60,052 nt of DNA. Source: a virus (lineage: Duplodnaviria > Caudoviricetes). Below the pieces are notes generated by a model, which saw nothing but the letters and a program-made list of their open reading frames with translations, was not told where the DNA came from and did not search any database. The stretch is from positions 1 through 60,052 of IMG/VR virus record IMGVR_UViG_3300032136_000006; one strand, 5' to 3'. Shown here piece after piece: positions 29,403 through 39,200 of this stretch (within the stretch, counting starts at the first letter, position 1; each line of letters starts with the position of its first letter). The translations under genes were made by a program, and so were the position numbers.

Positions 29403-30868
29403 TAATCCTCCATGCGCAGCACTAGTTTCATTTCTGCGTGAGCGTCTCCTCTTGCTGTTAATACCCAGAAGAGGGGTATTTGAGGGTCTAGGGCCGGGAG
29501 CGGGACGGGAGCGTACCCATCTGTAAATATCAACATGAGGTCGAAGGGGCTTCGATGGGGATCTTCGTTATAAGCTTCGGCTATCCAATCTTCTGCGGTG
29601 TCTAGTCTGGCGGCATAGCGAAGCGGGCCGTTGAACGATGTTCCTCCGTATCCGTAGCGGGTATTAGACTGGGACATATCCTTCGCATCATCGGAGGTAA
29701 GGTCTTCTACGTGCTGAATCGTGCAGTCGAAATGCAGTAACCGGACTGTCACACCCTCTTCCGTCTGCAGAAGTCCGCGGAGTTCTGTACAACAATCTAT
29801 GAAGTCATCCGTGCTCATACTGGCGGAGGTATCAAACGCGGCCAAGATATTAAACGTAAAGTTGTTTTGGTACCCTGGGTATGGTTCGTATCCCGCTGAG
29901 TGGAGCAGCGCAACGCTAGGGTACGCTGTACTTTCGTCCAATTTTTGAGATATAGCAGAACGTAGTTGTCCCCTTAGTACTTCTTGCCAGGGGATTGAAG
30001 GGTCCTCTAGTAGTTCATCGATAGTAGATTTGATACATCCGGGTATTACCCCGCGGGCTTTTATCGTTTGACGTGTGGCCGCAGCGGCGATGCGTCGCGC
30101 TTCGCGACGTGCACGGTCCATTGCGCGTTGAATTTCACTGTCTGTTAAGTTTTCAAATGTCTTGTTCCAGTCGACCGCCTTATGCTTTTTATTTAATAGG
30201 TCTTTAAACCATGAGGGTAGTTTTCCTCTACCTTCTCCATCTCCCTTGCCGTTCTCTTCTCCATCCCCCTTGCCGTTCTCTTCATCCGGCTGTTCGTTTC
30301 CTGAGTTACCCGTCGCTTTAGTTTGTTGTGGGTCTTCAGAATTGCTATCTTGAGGGGACCATCCATGTTTTTTGAGGTCCTGGATGAGTAGTACATAATA
30401 TTCTTCGGCAGTGAGACCACGCGAGTAACCCCGTGATTCCGGCCAAATCAGTTCTTTGCGATACGTTTTGAAGTTCTTTTGGTTGTCATCGACCATCGGA
30501 CGTAGTGCGAGGTCATTGACGGCCATATCCATCGCGATGTTTAGTACTTCTTTGATTTTAGCGGAGTAGTTGGTGTTTAGTGCTAGGCGTTGGAGGATAA
30601 TTCCACGCTCTATGTGCCTTAAAATGAGGTGTGCGGCTTCGTGCACAATTACTAGGAGACGGAAAGCTTCGTCTTGTGCTGCAAACCACGCTGGGTCCCA
30701 TAGCAAGACATATCGACCCTTTTTATCTAGCGTTACGCCACAAGTACCTAGTCCCGGAGTAGCGTGTAATCCACATCCGTTGAGCACTCTTCCGTAAAAG
30801 TTGTTACCGCCTCTCGGGCTACAAGCCCACTGTAGACATCGTCCTAATTCAGATTCTGTGTTTGTCAT
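29402..30868 (-). CDS. Metallopeptidase-like (HEXXH) plus vWA domain protein (DUF2201-like)
   Basis: IVHEAAHL and NIAMDMAVN in the N-terminal part, a low-complexity linker, then the MIDAS motif DTSASM, GGTSF and IFTDG. Confidence 0.88.
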   Translation of the reverse strand: MTNTESELGRCLQWACSPRGGNNFYGRVLNGCGLHATPGLGTCGVTLDKKGRYVLLWDPAWFAAQDEAFRLLVIVHEAAHLILRHIERGIILQRLALNTNYSAKIKEVLNIAMDMAVNDLALRPMVDDNQKNFKTYRKELIWPESRGYSRGLTAEEYYVLLIQDLKKHGWSPQDSNSEDPQQTKATGNSGNEQPDEENGKGDGEENGKGDGEGRGKLPSWFKDLLNKKHKAVDWNKTFENLTDSEIQRAMDRARREARRIAAAATRQTIKARGVIPGCIKSTIDELLEDPSIPWQEVLRGQLRSAISQKLDESTAYPSVALLHSAGYEPYPGYQNNFTFNILAAFDTSASMSTDDFIDCCTELRGLLQTEEGVTVRLLHFDCTIQHVEDLTSDDAKDMSQSNTRYGYGGTSFNGPLRYAARLDTAEDWIAEAYNEDPHRSPFDLMLIFTDGYAPVPLPALDPQIPLFWVLTARGDAHAEMKLVLRMED

Positions 30869-30894
30869 GGATGCTCCTTATATTCTTTTCTGCT

Positions 30895-30922
30895 TTGATT
30901 GGACCCCGGGTAGAGCTATAAT
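30895..30922 (+). promoter_or_regulatory. Sigma70-like promoter for the 30950 gene
   Basis: TTGATT-N16-TATAAT upstream of a GAGGT RBS. Confidence 0.5.
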
Positions 30923-30949
30923 TCTGCCTAGGAAACGAGGTAAAAATCA

Positions 30950-31957
30950 ATGAATCATGTGATAGACCAATCGTGCGACGCTGGATTTGCAACTCTTCGA
31001 ACTCTCGTGGAAAAATATCCCACGTTGCGTACCTTTGCGAAGAACGCCAATTTAGATTCCAGTGAATTCGAAACCCTATCCTCTGACTCTTTTGCCTGGC
31101 CTGCGGAACGCAAATTTCCCATACATACGCCACAGCATACGGCTTTGTCTGTTGGTTACAGTAAGATCGCTGCGGAAGTTCCCAAAGGGGTAGTTTCCAT
31201 GCTGGAGAAGGCAGCGGAAATTTACGGGATTACGCCATCCGTTTTTGAAGAGGCGAAAGCAGAAAAAGTGGCTGCCAGTGTTGATTACCTGTTGCCATCT
31301 CGCAAAAGATTTAGAGTATCTTCTCCCGCAGATGTCCCCCTAGCCGAGGAAGCGTATCGAATGAAGTATGCGCAACTGAGTGTTGAAGACCGTGCAGAAG
31401 CTGGAAATAACTTGGTAAACTACGCGAAGAAACATGAGGTTCCACTGCATCCTTCTACCAAAAAATTGGCAGGATTGACCTTAACCAGCACTTCAATTTT
31501 CAAGGATTGGATGGGTGCGCGGGCAGAAGCTGCCATGCAGGCTAAATCTCCCTTAGCTTCTGCTTTCCAGAAACTGGCCGAAGAATACACCAATGTGGAA
31601 CCGTTCGTGTACGACCGAACAGACCAGTTGAAACTGGCTGCGGCAGTGTCGCGTTTAGATAAGGAAGCAGGGCTAACACGGCACTATGGGCGTAAGCTTT
31701 TAACTCCGATTGAGACCGTATTCAACACCGATATCCCAAGAGATTCGTTGATGAAAGTTGGGTCAAGTCTTGCTAATAAGGAAATGCTTCGCCAGATACC
31801 GCTCACCTTTTGGGAAGATGCCCTGGGCGCAGATATTGCCAAAGAGGTTGCACCCAACGGAACCGTTAACGTAGAAACCCTAGAACAAATCATTCCGACG
31901 TTGCCCGCAGATTTGAGAGCCGCGCTGGAAACACAACTAGCGGCGTACAACAGGTAA
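30950..31957 (+). CDS. Hypothetical protein rich in K-x-A motifs, probable head/inner-body protein
   Basis: KNA, KIA, KAA, KVA, KYA, KLA x3 and KEA recur; FAWP..RKFPI and LLP.RKRF.V look like internal repeats. Confidence 0.6.
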   Translation: MNHVIDQSCDAGFATLRTLVEKYPTLRTFAKNANLDSSEFETLSSDSFAWPAERKFPIHTPQHTALSVGYSKIAAEVPKGVVSMLEKAAEIYGITPSVFEEAKAEKVAASVDYLLPSRKRFRVSSPADVPLAEEAYRMKYAQLSVEDRAEAGNNLVNYAKKHEVPLHPSTKKLAGLTLTSTSIFKDWMGARAEAAMQAKSPLASAFQKLAEEYTNVEPFVYDRTDQLKLAAAVSRLDKEAGLTRHYGRKLLTPIETVFNTDIPRDSLMKVGSSLANKEMLRQIPLTFWEDALGADIAKEVAPNGTVNVETLEQIIPTLPADLRAALETQLAAYNR

Positions 31958-31960
31958 TTA

Positions 31961-32734
31961 ATGGACAACCAATTAGTTAAGTTTGCGGAAATTTGCTCCG
32001 GTTTGACGCATTACACGGTAAAGACCGCGTCAAGAGAGGCGATTGCTAAGGAGATACTCAGCAATTCAGATGACCGGAATGCCACCGCGCTACTAATGGC
32101 CTTAAGAACCTTGCACGGGATTGACGCGCTGTACTGGGAACCGGAAACTATTTGGTTAACCTTGGAGCGCGAAAATAATATTGACCTGCCGGTCGAGGCT
32201 CGCGATAAAGTACAAGCTGCTATTTCCATCTTACGTAATCCAGCTTTCTTTTGGGACAACTTAGTTTTCCAGCGAACAGTGCAATCCTTCAATGGAGAAC
32301 TGTACGATCCCGAAACGCTACAAGAATGTCATCCGGGACACATGGCTTGGGCGGTTTACGAAGCGACACTTTTACGCGGAATGGACCCGGATAGCGATGC
32401 TCGCCCTGAAATAGACGAAGATGTACAGCAGTATATAGCTGTTTGTTTAAAGCGTGCGGGGTACGTCTATCCTCCAAACCAGCTGCGAGACGTTTCAGAT
32501 AATCTTGCATTGCTCCTTCCGGGCGCAGAGGAGACGTTCATCAGCTTAGTCAAAAAAAGTTGGGAGCAGGTAGATAAAGGGGGCCTCGCGAATCGTAAGT
32601 TCAACGAAGACCCCCTTAATATCCAACTGGCACAGCTAGCTTCCTGTTATCTCTACGTAAAGGAACAAGCGGAGAAGCTTGCGACGGACGTAATGTGGTT
32701 AGAGAAAGAGAATACTAATCCCTCATTGGTCTAA
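31961..32734 (+). CDS. Hypothetical protein, probably virion-associated
   Basis: 257 aa, cotranscribed with 30950; N-terminal VKFA and VKTA. Confidence 0.6.
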   Translation: MDNQLVKFAEICSGLTHYTVKTASREAIAKEILSNSDDRNATALLMALRTLHGIDALYWEPETIWLTLERENNIDLPVEARDKVQAAISILRNPAFFWDNLVFQRTVQSFNGELYDPETLQECHPGHMAWAVYEATLLRGMDPDSDARPEIDEDVQQYIAVCLKRAGYVYPPNQLRDVSDNLALLLPGAEETFISLVKKSWEQVDKGGLANRKFNEDPLNIQLAQLASCYLYVKEQAEKLATDVMWLEKENTNPSLV

Positions 32735-33944
32735 GTGCGGTCTCGGTTTGAATGTGCGCGTTGTCCATGTTCATTAACATCTCCAACCAGTATTCGTACT
32801 CTCCTAATTCATCCATGAGCTCTTCTAAGTATTTGCGTGCATTGGCTTGTTGAGCGGCTCCCTGCAGTTGAAACAAGATGCTAGAGGCTAATTCGTTGGG
32901 AAGGTCTTTACAGAAATCTAGCAAGCACCCTGCGGTTTGTTTTACGGGAGGTTTCTCCGCAAACAACAGTACCAATACGTTTTCGCACAGGCTAGAAAGC
33001 TTTTCCCGTTGACCCTTTTCTTCTAGTTGTTTAACTGCTTTTTGCGCCTTAGTGGAATAACCGTTTAGGATGTCCGTGGCACCCAGCATTACGTTGCTAT
33101 CCTTTAGAAATTCGATTAACTGTGTAGTACCCGTAACCCCGATCGATGCAGAAAACCGCACTTGCGCGAACGAGCTTGTTAGCGCGATCCCTTTTGCTTC
33201 CATGTTATAGGCATCTTCTGAAATCGTTTCTACCGTTGCGGGGCATATGTATTGTTTACCCTGGTCTCTCGCCTTTTCGTCGTAGAGTAGCCTAGGGTTT
33301 GTTTTAAAGTACTCTAGGACGTGGGGGTGACATACTTTGTCTTTCGCTGGACCGGTAGCGTCGGCATGGAAGCAGTTTGTTTTAGCGTGGGTGTACCACC
33401 CCGCGAACTCTGGAATGACGTATAGAAATTTAACGCGTCTACGGATAGCGGCTTCATTTTCGATATTAGTTACGGCATAAGCTGCTGTAGCAGGATTCAT
33501 CGTACCTACTACCAGACAATCTTCCGGGAGGCGGTAATTGAACATACTTCCATCTTCGAGAAGGGTGAAGAACTGTGCGATCGCATGCTTTAACCCTCTG
33601 TTAAGTTCGTCAAACAATAGAATGCTCTTCTGTCCCAGTTTTGGAAATATGCTAGGAACAGCAACATCAAAGAAATCTCCTTCGGCTTTTCGGGGAATTC
33701 CGGAACCCATTAATCCCCAGTGCGCGGTGTGGATCGGGTTTAGGTCGTAGCCGTATTCGCGGCAGATTTGACTAAAGATTTGTGTTTTTCCTAGTCCTGA
33801 CTCTCCTACTAAAACAATACAACCACGGCGCTGTTTACTCTCTAACGAAAGTAAGATTTGTTCGCGGGCTTCGGCGAGAGTCACCTGTGGGATGTCTAAT
33901 CTTTCTGGATAAGATAGTGCGGTTTCGTTTTTCGTTCTTGTCAC
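32715..33944 (-). CDS. MoxR/dynein-related AAA+ ATPase
   Basis: Walker A GESGLGKT, Walker B LLFDELNR, sensor GTMNP and arginine finger AIRRR; typical partner of DUF2201-vWA proteins. Confidence 0.88.
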   Translation of the reverse strand: MTRTKNETALSYPERLDIPQVTLAEAREQILLSLESKQRRGCIVLVGESGLGKTQIFSQICREYGYDLNPIHTAHWGLMGSGIPRKAEGDFFDVAVPSIFPKLGQKSILLFDELNRGLKHAIAQFFTLLEDGSMFNYRLPEDCLVVGTMNPATAAYAVTNIENEAAIRRRVKFLYVIPEFAGWYTHAKTNCFHADATGPAKDKVCHPHVLEYFKTNPRLLYDEKARDQGKQYICPATVETISEDAYNMEAKGIALTSSFAQVRFSASIGVTGTTQLIEFLKDSNVMLGATDILNGYSTKAQKAVKQLEEKGQREKLSSLCENVLVLLFAEKPPVKQTAGCLLDFCKDLPNELASSILFQLQGAAQQANARKYLEELMDELGEYEYWLEMLMNMDNAHIQTETALRPMRD

Positions 33945-33973
33945 GTCGGTCTCCTTCCCTTAATGTGGTAGGA

Positions 33974-35599
33974 ATGTTAAAAGAATCAACTGCCAATGAG
34001 CGGCTTAGTGTGATAGCTGAATCGTGGATTATGTTAGACGGTAGGCCTTTCCTACTAGACGATTGGCCAATGCATCGAGCGTTCTACGATGGACGTTATC
34101 AGCGTACATTATTTAAAACAAGTCGTCAGGTAGCAAAGAGTACAACCTTAGCGAACTTCAGCATTATTGAGTGTAGTATTATACCACATTTCTCTACTAT
34201 GTTTGTGAGTCCAACCAAGGAGCAAACGATGCGCTTTTCTAACACACGTGTTGGAAAAACGATGCGGTATTCTCCTATTATCAATAAATACTTTCTCAGC
34301 ACAGACCTGACGGACCGAGTGTTTCACAAGCAATTCACAAACGGTTCGGAGATGCTTTTTGCTTACGGTACAGATGACGCTGACAGACTTAGGGGTCCTT
34401 CTACCGACCGCAATATGTTTGATGAAGTACAAGACTTATTGTACGACCCTATTATTACGGTAGGTAACGAAACGATGTCCAATTCTCGCTATGCGTTTGA
34501 AACTTATGCGGGAACTCCAAAAACCATGGAGAATACCATCGAGTACTTGTGGGGGTTATCCACGCAAACGGAGTGGGTTATAAAGTGTGACGCATGTGGG
34601 ACACACCAGTTTATTGATAACGAGCGGTCCATAGGAAAGTATGGCCCTATTTGCGTTAAGTGTAAGGACTACCTCAATCCTTTTAATGCTCGCTGGATCG
34701 ATATGTGCCCTGTCGATCGCAGTAAAGACGAGGACGAGTACTCGAAGTTAAAGGGGTTTCATCTCAATCAACTCATAATGCCTCAAAATGTGCCTAAGGC
34801 GATGGAGCGGTACGGACAAGAAGCGGTGGATACTGCGAAAAGGCGCTGGAAGAGGATCCTTACCAAGTACAAAGAGTCTCCACCTGTCGTTTTTCGGAAT
34901 GAGGTCTTGGGCATTTCAGATGCGGTGGGAACTCGGATGCTCACTAAAGAAGAGCTTGAAAGCCTTTGCAACGAATCGCGGTCATTCCAAAAATTTCCGG
35001 AAGAGGGGTCGATGACTGGAATTGTTACGTGCGTTGCCGGAGTAGATTGGTCGGGAGGCGGAACTTCTGGGGTATCAAGAACCGTTCTTTGGATTTGGGG
35101 TTGGCGTCCGGCTGACCAGCGGCTAGTTTGTTTGTACTATCAAGTTTTTCCAGGACAAAATCCTGTGCACATCGTAGATGAGATTGCGGTAATTTGTTCC
35201 AATTACAGAGTCATGTTGGTTGTGGGAGACGCCGGGGAAGGGCATATGGCTAATAACCTTCTCCGGGAACGGCTTCAGTATCACCGTGTCCAGCAGCTTC
35301 AATACGGGGCTCAGCGTAAAGCGATTCAATGGAATGGTGAAGATCGCTTTATGGGAGACCGGACAACGTTGATCGACAACTACTTTATGCTCCTCAAAAA
35401 CCGAGCTGTGGAATTTGGACCATTAGCTGTGATGCGAGTAGCTATCGAGGACTTACTCAACGAGTACGAAGAGGTCACGACCTTAGGTCGAAAAGTGTGG
35501 AGGCATTCACCTCAAAAACCTGACGATTGCTTACATGCTGGATTGTTCGGTTGGGTGGCGTTCAAAATAACTCAAAATGATTTGAAGTTTTACCAGTGA
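33974..35599 (+). CDS. terL: Terminase large subunit (lambda GpA-like)
   Basis: KTSRQVAKST Walker A-like motif, LRGPSTD..MFDEVQD, GTPK, a Zn ribbon, GVDW nuclease motif and PDDCLHA. Start placed at ATG 33974 to avoid overlap with the ATPase gene. Confidence 0.85.
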   Translation: MLKESTANERLSVIAESWIMLDGRPFLLDDWPMHRAFYDGRYQRTLFKTSRQVAKSTTLANFSIIECSIIPHFSTMFVSPTKEQTMRFSNTRVGKTMRYSPIINKYFLSTDLTDRVFHKQFTNGSEMLFAYGTDDADRLRGPSTDRNMFDEVQDLLYDPIITVGNETMSNSRYAFETYAGTPKTMENTIEYLWGLSTQTEWVIKCDACGTHQFIDNERSIGKYGPICVKCKDYLNPFNARWIDMCPVDRSKDEDEYSKLKGFHLNQLIMPQNVPKAMERYGQEAVDTAKRRWKRILTKYKESPPVVFRNEVLGISDAVGTRMLTKEELESLCNESRSFQKFPEEGSMTGIVTCVAGVDWSGGGTSGVSRTVLWIWGWRPADQRLVCLYYQVFPGQNPVHIVDEIAVICSNYRVMLVVGDAGEGHMANNLLRERLQYHRVQQLQYGAQRKAIQWNGEDRFMGDRTTLIDNYFMLLKNRAVEFGPLAVMRVAIEDLLNEYEEVTTLGRKVWRHSPQKPDDCLHAGLFGWVAFKITQNDLKFYQ

Positions 35600-36292
35600 C
35601 CGTCGTCCGTTTGTTTTCACAGCCACTGGCAAAACCTCAAGCCCTCCTGCTAGTAAGTTGTTGCTAAGGTCCTGACGAAATGGAGCTTAGCACATGTTCT
35701 TGGCATCTTTACACTGTAAACGAGATGTAGCATCTCAAACCGTCAACCAGACTTTCTGGTATGGTGCCAGTAGGGCATTTTTTTTGTGTTGCTTCATTCT
35801 GGTGTAAAGTATCTGTATGCATGAAGAATTTTAGGCTGAGTCTGCGAAAGCATAAACTTCTTCAGGCTTACAGACTACTTTATAGCTAGATTGCGACCTA
35901 GCAGTTAACGGCACTGCACTCTGCTATCGTGTTTCTTAAATAGAGGACTCCTATATTTAAGTACCTAGCACTGCTCCCCTTTCTTTCCAGTATAGAGGTG
36001 TAACACCTCCGGGCCGTCCTGCGGTCCGCCAGAGTGCGATTTGGGAAGTATCTTCCCCCTTACTTATTGCCTATAAGTCCAACACAACTTTGTACTGCTG
36101 TCAGTGGTAAGATCTGTGGGGTTCATACGGTACAGTTGTGGTACACCACTGTGACGTAAGAACTTCACTTGATCTTGAGATATTTTGTTATCCCCTTAGT
36201 TCCGATATTAGTGGAGTAGCTCCACCGTCGCTTAATGTAGCGTCGGAAAGTCCAGTACATCCTTTTATACCATTGTTTTGATTTCTTTTGAA
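35600..36292 (+). ncRNA. Candidate large structured non-coding RNA
   Basis: About 690 nt with no ORF of 60 aa or more; at least a dozen hairpins; nested long-range helix GCACTCTG/CAGAGTGC; G-U pairs favour the + strand. Confidence 0.55.
35763..35785 (+). terminator. Putative intrinsic terminator
   Basis: GGTGCC-AGTAG-GGCATT hairpin running into a T8 tract. Confidence 0.5.
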
Positions 36293-39200
36293 CTAGCCCT
36301 TGGCTAAGTCGTTTCGAATTTCATGATCTTCGTAGTCTTCATCATCTTCTTTCCCCTTGGCATCTCTTGGATTGTCTGCGAGGTAGTGGTTGATGTCCTG
36401 AAGTTCTCCATAGGAGGGTCCTACTTCTACGTCCCACGAAAATGGGACAGGAAGCCACGGATAGTTTTGGGCAACGCGTCGAACTCCGTATTCTTCAATA
36501 AGTCCGGGCATCTGGTGTACCTGTGTCTTAGGTACTTCCATTACCAAGGAATCGTGAACGGTGATTAATTGGCGTCCCCCTAAGTCCCGAATAGCCGAGT
36601 CAATAGAACATAGGACGTCCATCACGATATCCGAAGATGTACTTTGGATTTTAAAGTTTACCGCTTGGCGTTCTGCCTTAGCCTTCATAAACCCCGTCAT
36701 ACCTTTTGTATTAAAGCGTCTTCGGCGTCCAATAAAGGTCTCAACAACTCCGATCTGGTGCACTTGCCGTTTGGTGAGTTTAATATACTCCGGAATAGTG
36801 GGAAACATGCGAAATAGAACGTTAATAATTGCCTGGGCCTGCTCGTGAGATATTCCTACGATGGACGCAATTTTATTTTTGCTTGCTCCATAGAGAATTC
36901 CAAAAACAACGCGTTTAATATTGCTCCGTAGGATTCCAAGCTGTTTTCCATACCAGGGATCATCGTCGGTTAACGCGCCTCTGTTTTGAAAATCGTTATA
37001 GCTCCATTCATGTTTTTCGTCGATACCGATAGTGGTCAGAACCTTTTCTTTGTCTGCCTGTGCAACTCCTTCTAGGACCGTTTCGGGTTTAAGAACAACC
37101 GAAGAAAAGAATGAGTGGGGGTCCATTCCTTCTTGCAGGGCTTCAATCAGGTTTTCATCTTTGCTGTACGCCGCGTAGAGCCTAACTTCTGCAGCTTTTG
37201 CGTCGGCATTTACGATAACGTGGGTCTCTCTGTTAGTAGGTACAAACATCTTTTTGATGTTGTGCTGTCTGATGCGTGCAGGGATGTTCTGCATGTTCTC
37301 GTCGTTAGACGATAAGCGCCCCGTTGCAGTGCCCATGATATTAAACGTAGTGTGCATCTTGCCATCTTCTTGACTTAGCACGCGGATGTTTTCGATAAAC
37401 GTATTTCGCGCTTTTGTCAGTGCGCGATACTCCAACAAAACCGTAGCGAACTTACATCTATATTGGTTTTTCAATATTTTTAAAAAAGCCGCATCAGTGG
37501 ATATCTCGCCAGAATCTGTAATCCTCAACTCTTCTTGAGCGATAACGCTTTTATACGATACAACATCGATGGAGTTCTGCTCCGGATAGTATCCCGTAGT
37601 AAAGAATAACTTACGCAAATGTGCCGGACTATTGGGGTTAAAGGGGACCGAGAACGATTTAGGAGGTACCATCTGTGTTAGTTCAGACGCTAGTTCTAGT
37701 ATGGCACCATCCATCTTGAATGCGAGTTCCTCTGCATAGTCAAGGTCAACCGCCATCCCGTATTCTTCCATACGGGCTAGTACCTTAGTGGTATCTAGAA
37801 GCCGTCGATACATTATGTGCTTGAGTGGTTCTTTGTATGTACATCCAGGGACCGCTACGTCTTGATACAACTTCTGTCTTCCGGCTTTTCTTCTGATGTC
37901 TCTTAGGTCTTCATCTTCTTGTATCATCCTTTTGCGTTGTAACTCACAGAGTTGACGTGTAACGTCCGCGTCAACCGCACCGTATTCGTTTAACTGTTTC
38001 AAAGGAATATTGGCGAAACCATCGTCGTTATATAGCTTTTTTGCCGCTCCCGTTAAACTAGACCCCGCACCTTTTTCCTTTTTCTTCTTCTCCTTTTGTT
38101 CTGCTTTACCTCGTATTTCCGTCAATTCGTCTTCATAGCCGGAATGTGTTGGTAAGTAGAGTCTTGTAAGAGACTTCAACCCGTAGAACCCACGTTTATC
38201 TTCAGCTAGAAGGTGCTCGCCTAACATCGTGTCCCAGGCAAGCCGGTTAACAGTCCAACCTTTAGCCCATAGAACACGAAGGTCGTACTTAGCGTTGTGA
38301 AAGATTTTAGGTTTGGGACAAGCCAGTAGTTGTTGGATAACCGGAAAAACCTCTTTAAACGACCAGGGGGTCTTCGGGTGTTCTATCGGAATTGACGCAG
38401 ATTTACCTACGTCCCACGCTACGATTAACGTGAGAATCTTTAGCTTCTCCCTGTGGGGATATAGGGTATTAGTCTCTGTGTCGATTGCGATAGCGTGGTT
38501 ATCAGGTGTGTTTCCGGGTTTGTGGTACATCACGATCTCATCCACAAGTTTTCGAACCGCGGTGAGCGTTTTGGGAAATCGGTAATCTTTAATAATTACG
38601 TCTAAAGAAAGAACGGGATTTACGTTATCGGCACTCTCATTCTGCCTTGCATGCAGCACTGCGCCCATAAAGATTCCAATATGTTCGCGGACAACATCCA
38701 TGTAACCCGTTTTGGTAGGCAATTGACGCTTAGACAACGATGCAAATACAATTACAGCGCGTTTTCCTAGCGTAGTATGGTGGAATTTTCCTTGAGCTTC
38801 CGAATACTTCCCAATCTTAATCCCTAATGACTGCAAGACTGCGGGGCCCAACGCAAAAACCATAATCGGTTTATCCCGTCGAGATTTATCCAGCAGCTCT
38901 TTATGAAAAAGTGGCTGGCAAGCTTCTCTCTCTTTCTTGTTTGGTTTTTCTACAGCACAGCGAATTGCTGCAGTATATCGTCCTGAAAGCGCTGCTTGTT
39001 TCGGATTGTTTTTCTTGTGGGTGGCAAAGGCTCCTTTCACCATACCTTCCACATCAATTCTCCAACTGGAATGCGCTATGTCTCCTGATGGTCCACTGAT
39101 GACAGGGGTCTCTGCAACGCAGAAATAATCCACGTCAGAGTATGCCCCAATCCCCTCGGCGTAGTGTTGCACTCCGCGCAAGGGGCACTCATTACATTTT

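Noticed and set aside
30237-30287. 24-nt tandem repeat
   Set aside because: Encodes EENGKGDG twice in the low-complexity linker of the vWA protein; ordinary slippage.
30869-30949. msr/msd ncRNA upstream of the RT operon
   Set aside because: Only 81 bp, filled by two RBSs and a promoter; no a1/a2 inverted repeats or long msd stem seen.
33782-33973. N-terminal extension of the terminase given by the ORF track
   Set aside because: It overlaps the divergent AAA ATPase start; ATG 33974 is more plausible.
35600-36292. CRISPR array, tRNA, tmRNA or RNase P in the non-coding region
   Set aside because: No identical direct repeats with regular spacers and no cloverleaf or T-arm/CCA end seen. GGAAAGTCC at about 36245 resembles the RNase P motif but sits at the 3' end without the rest of the structure.
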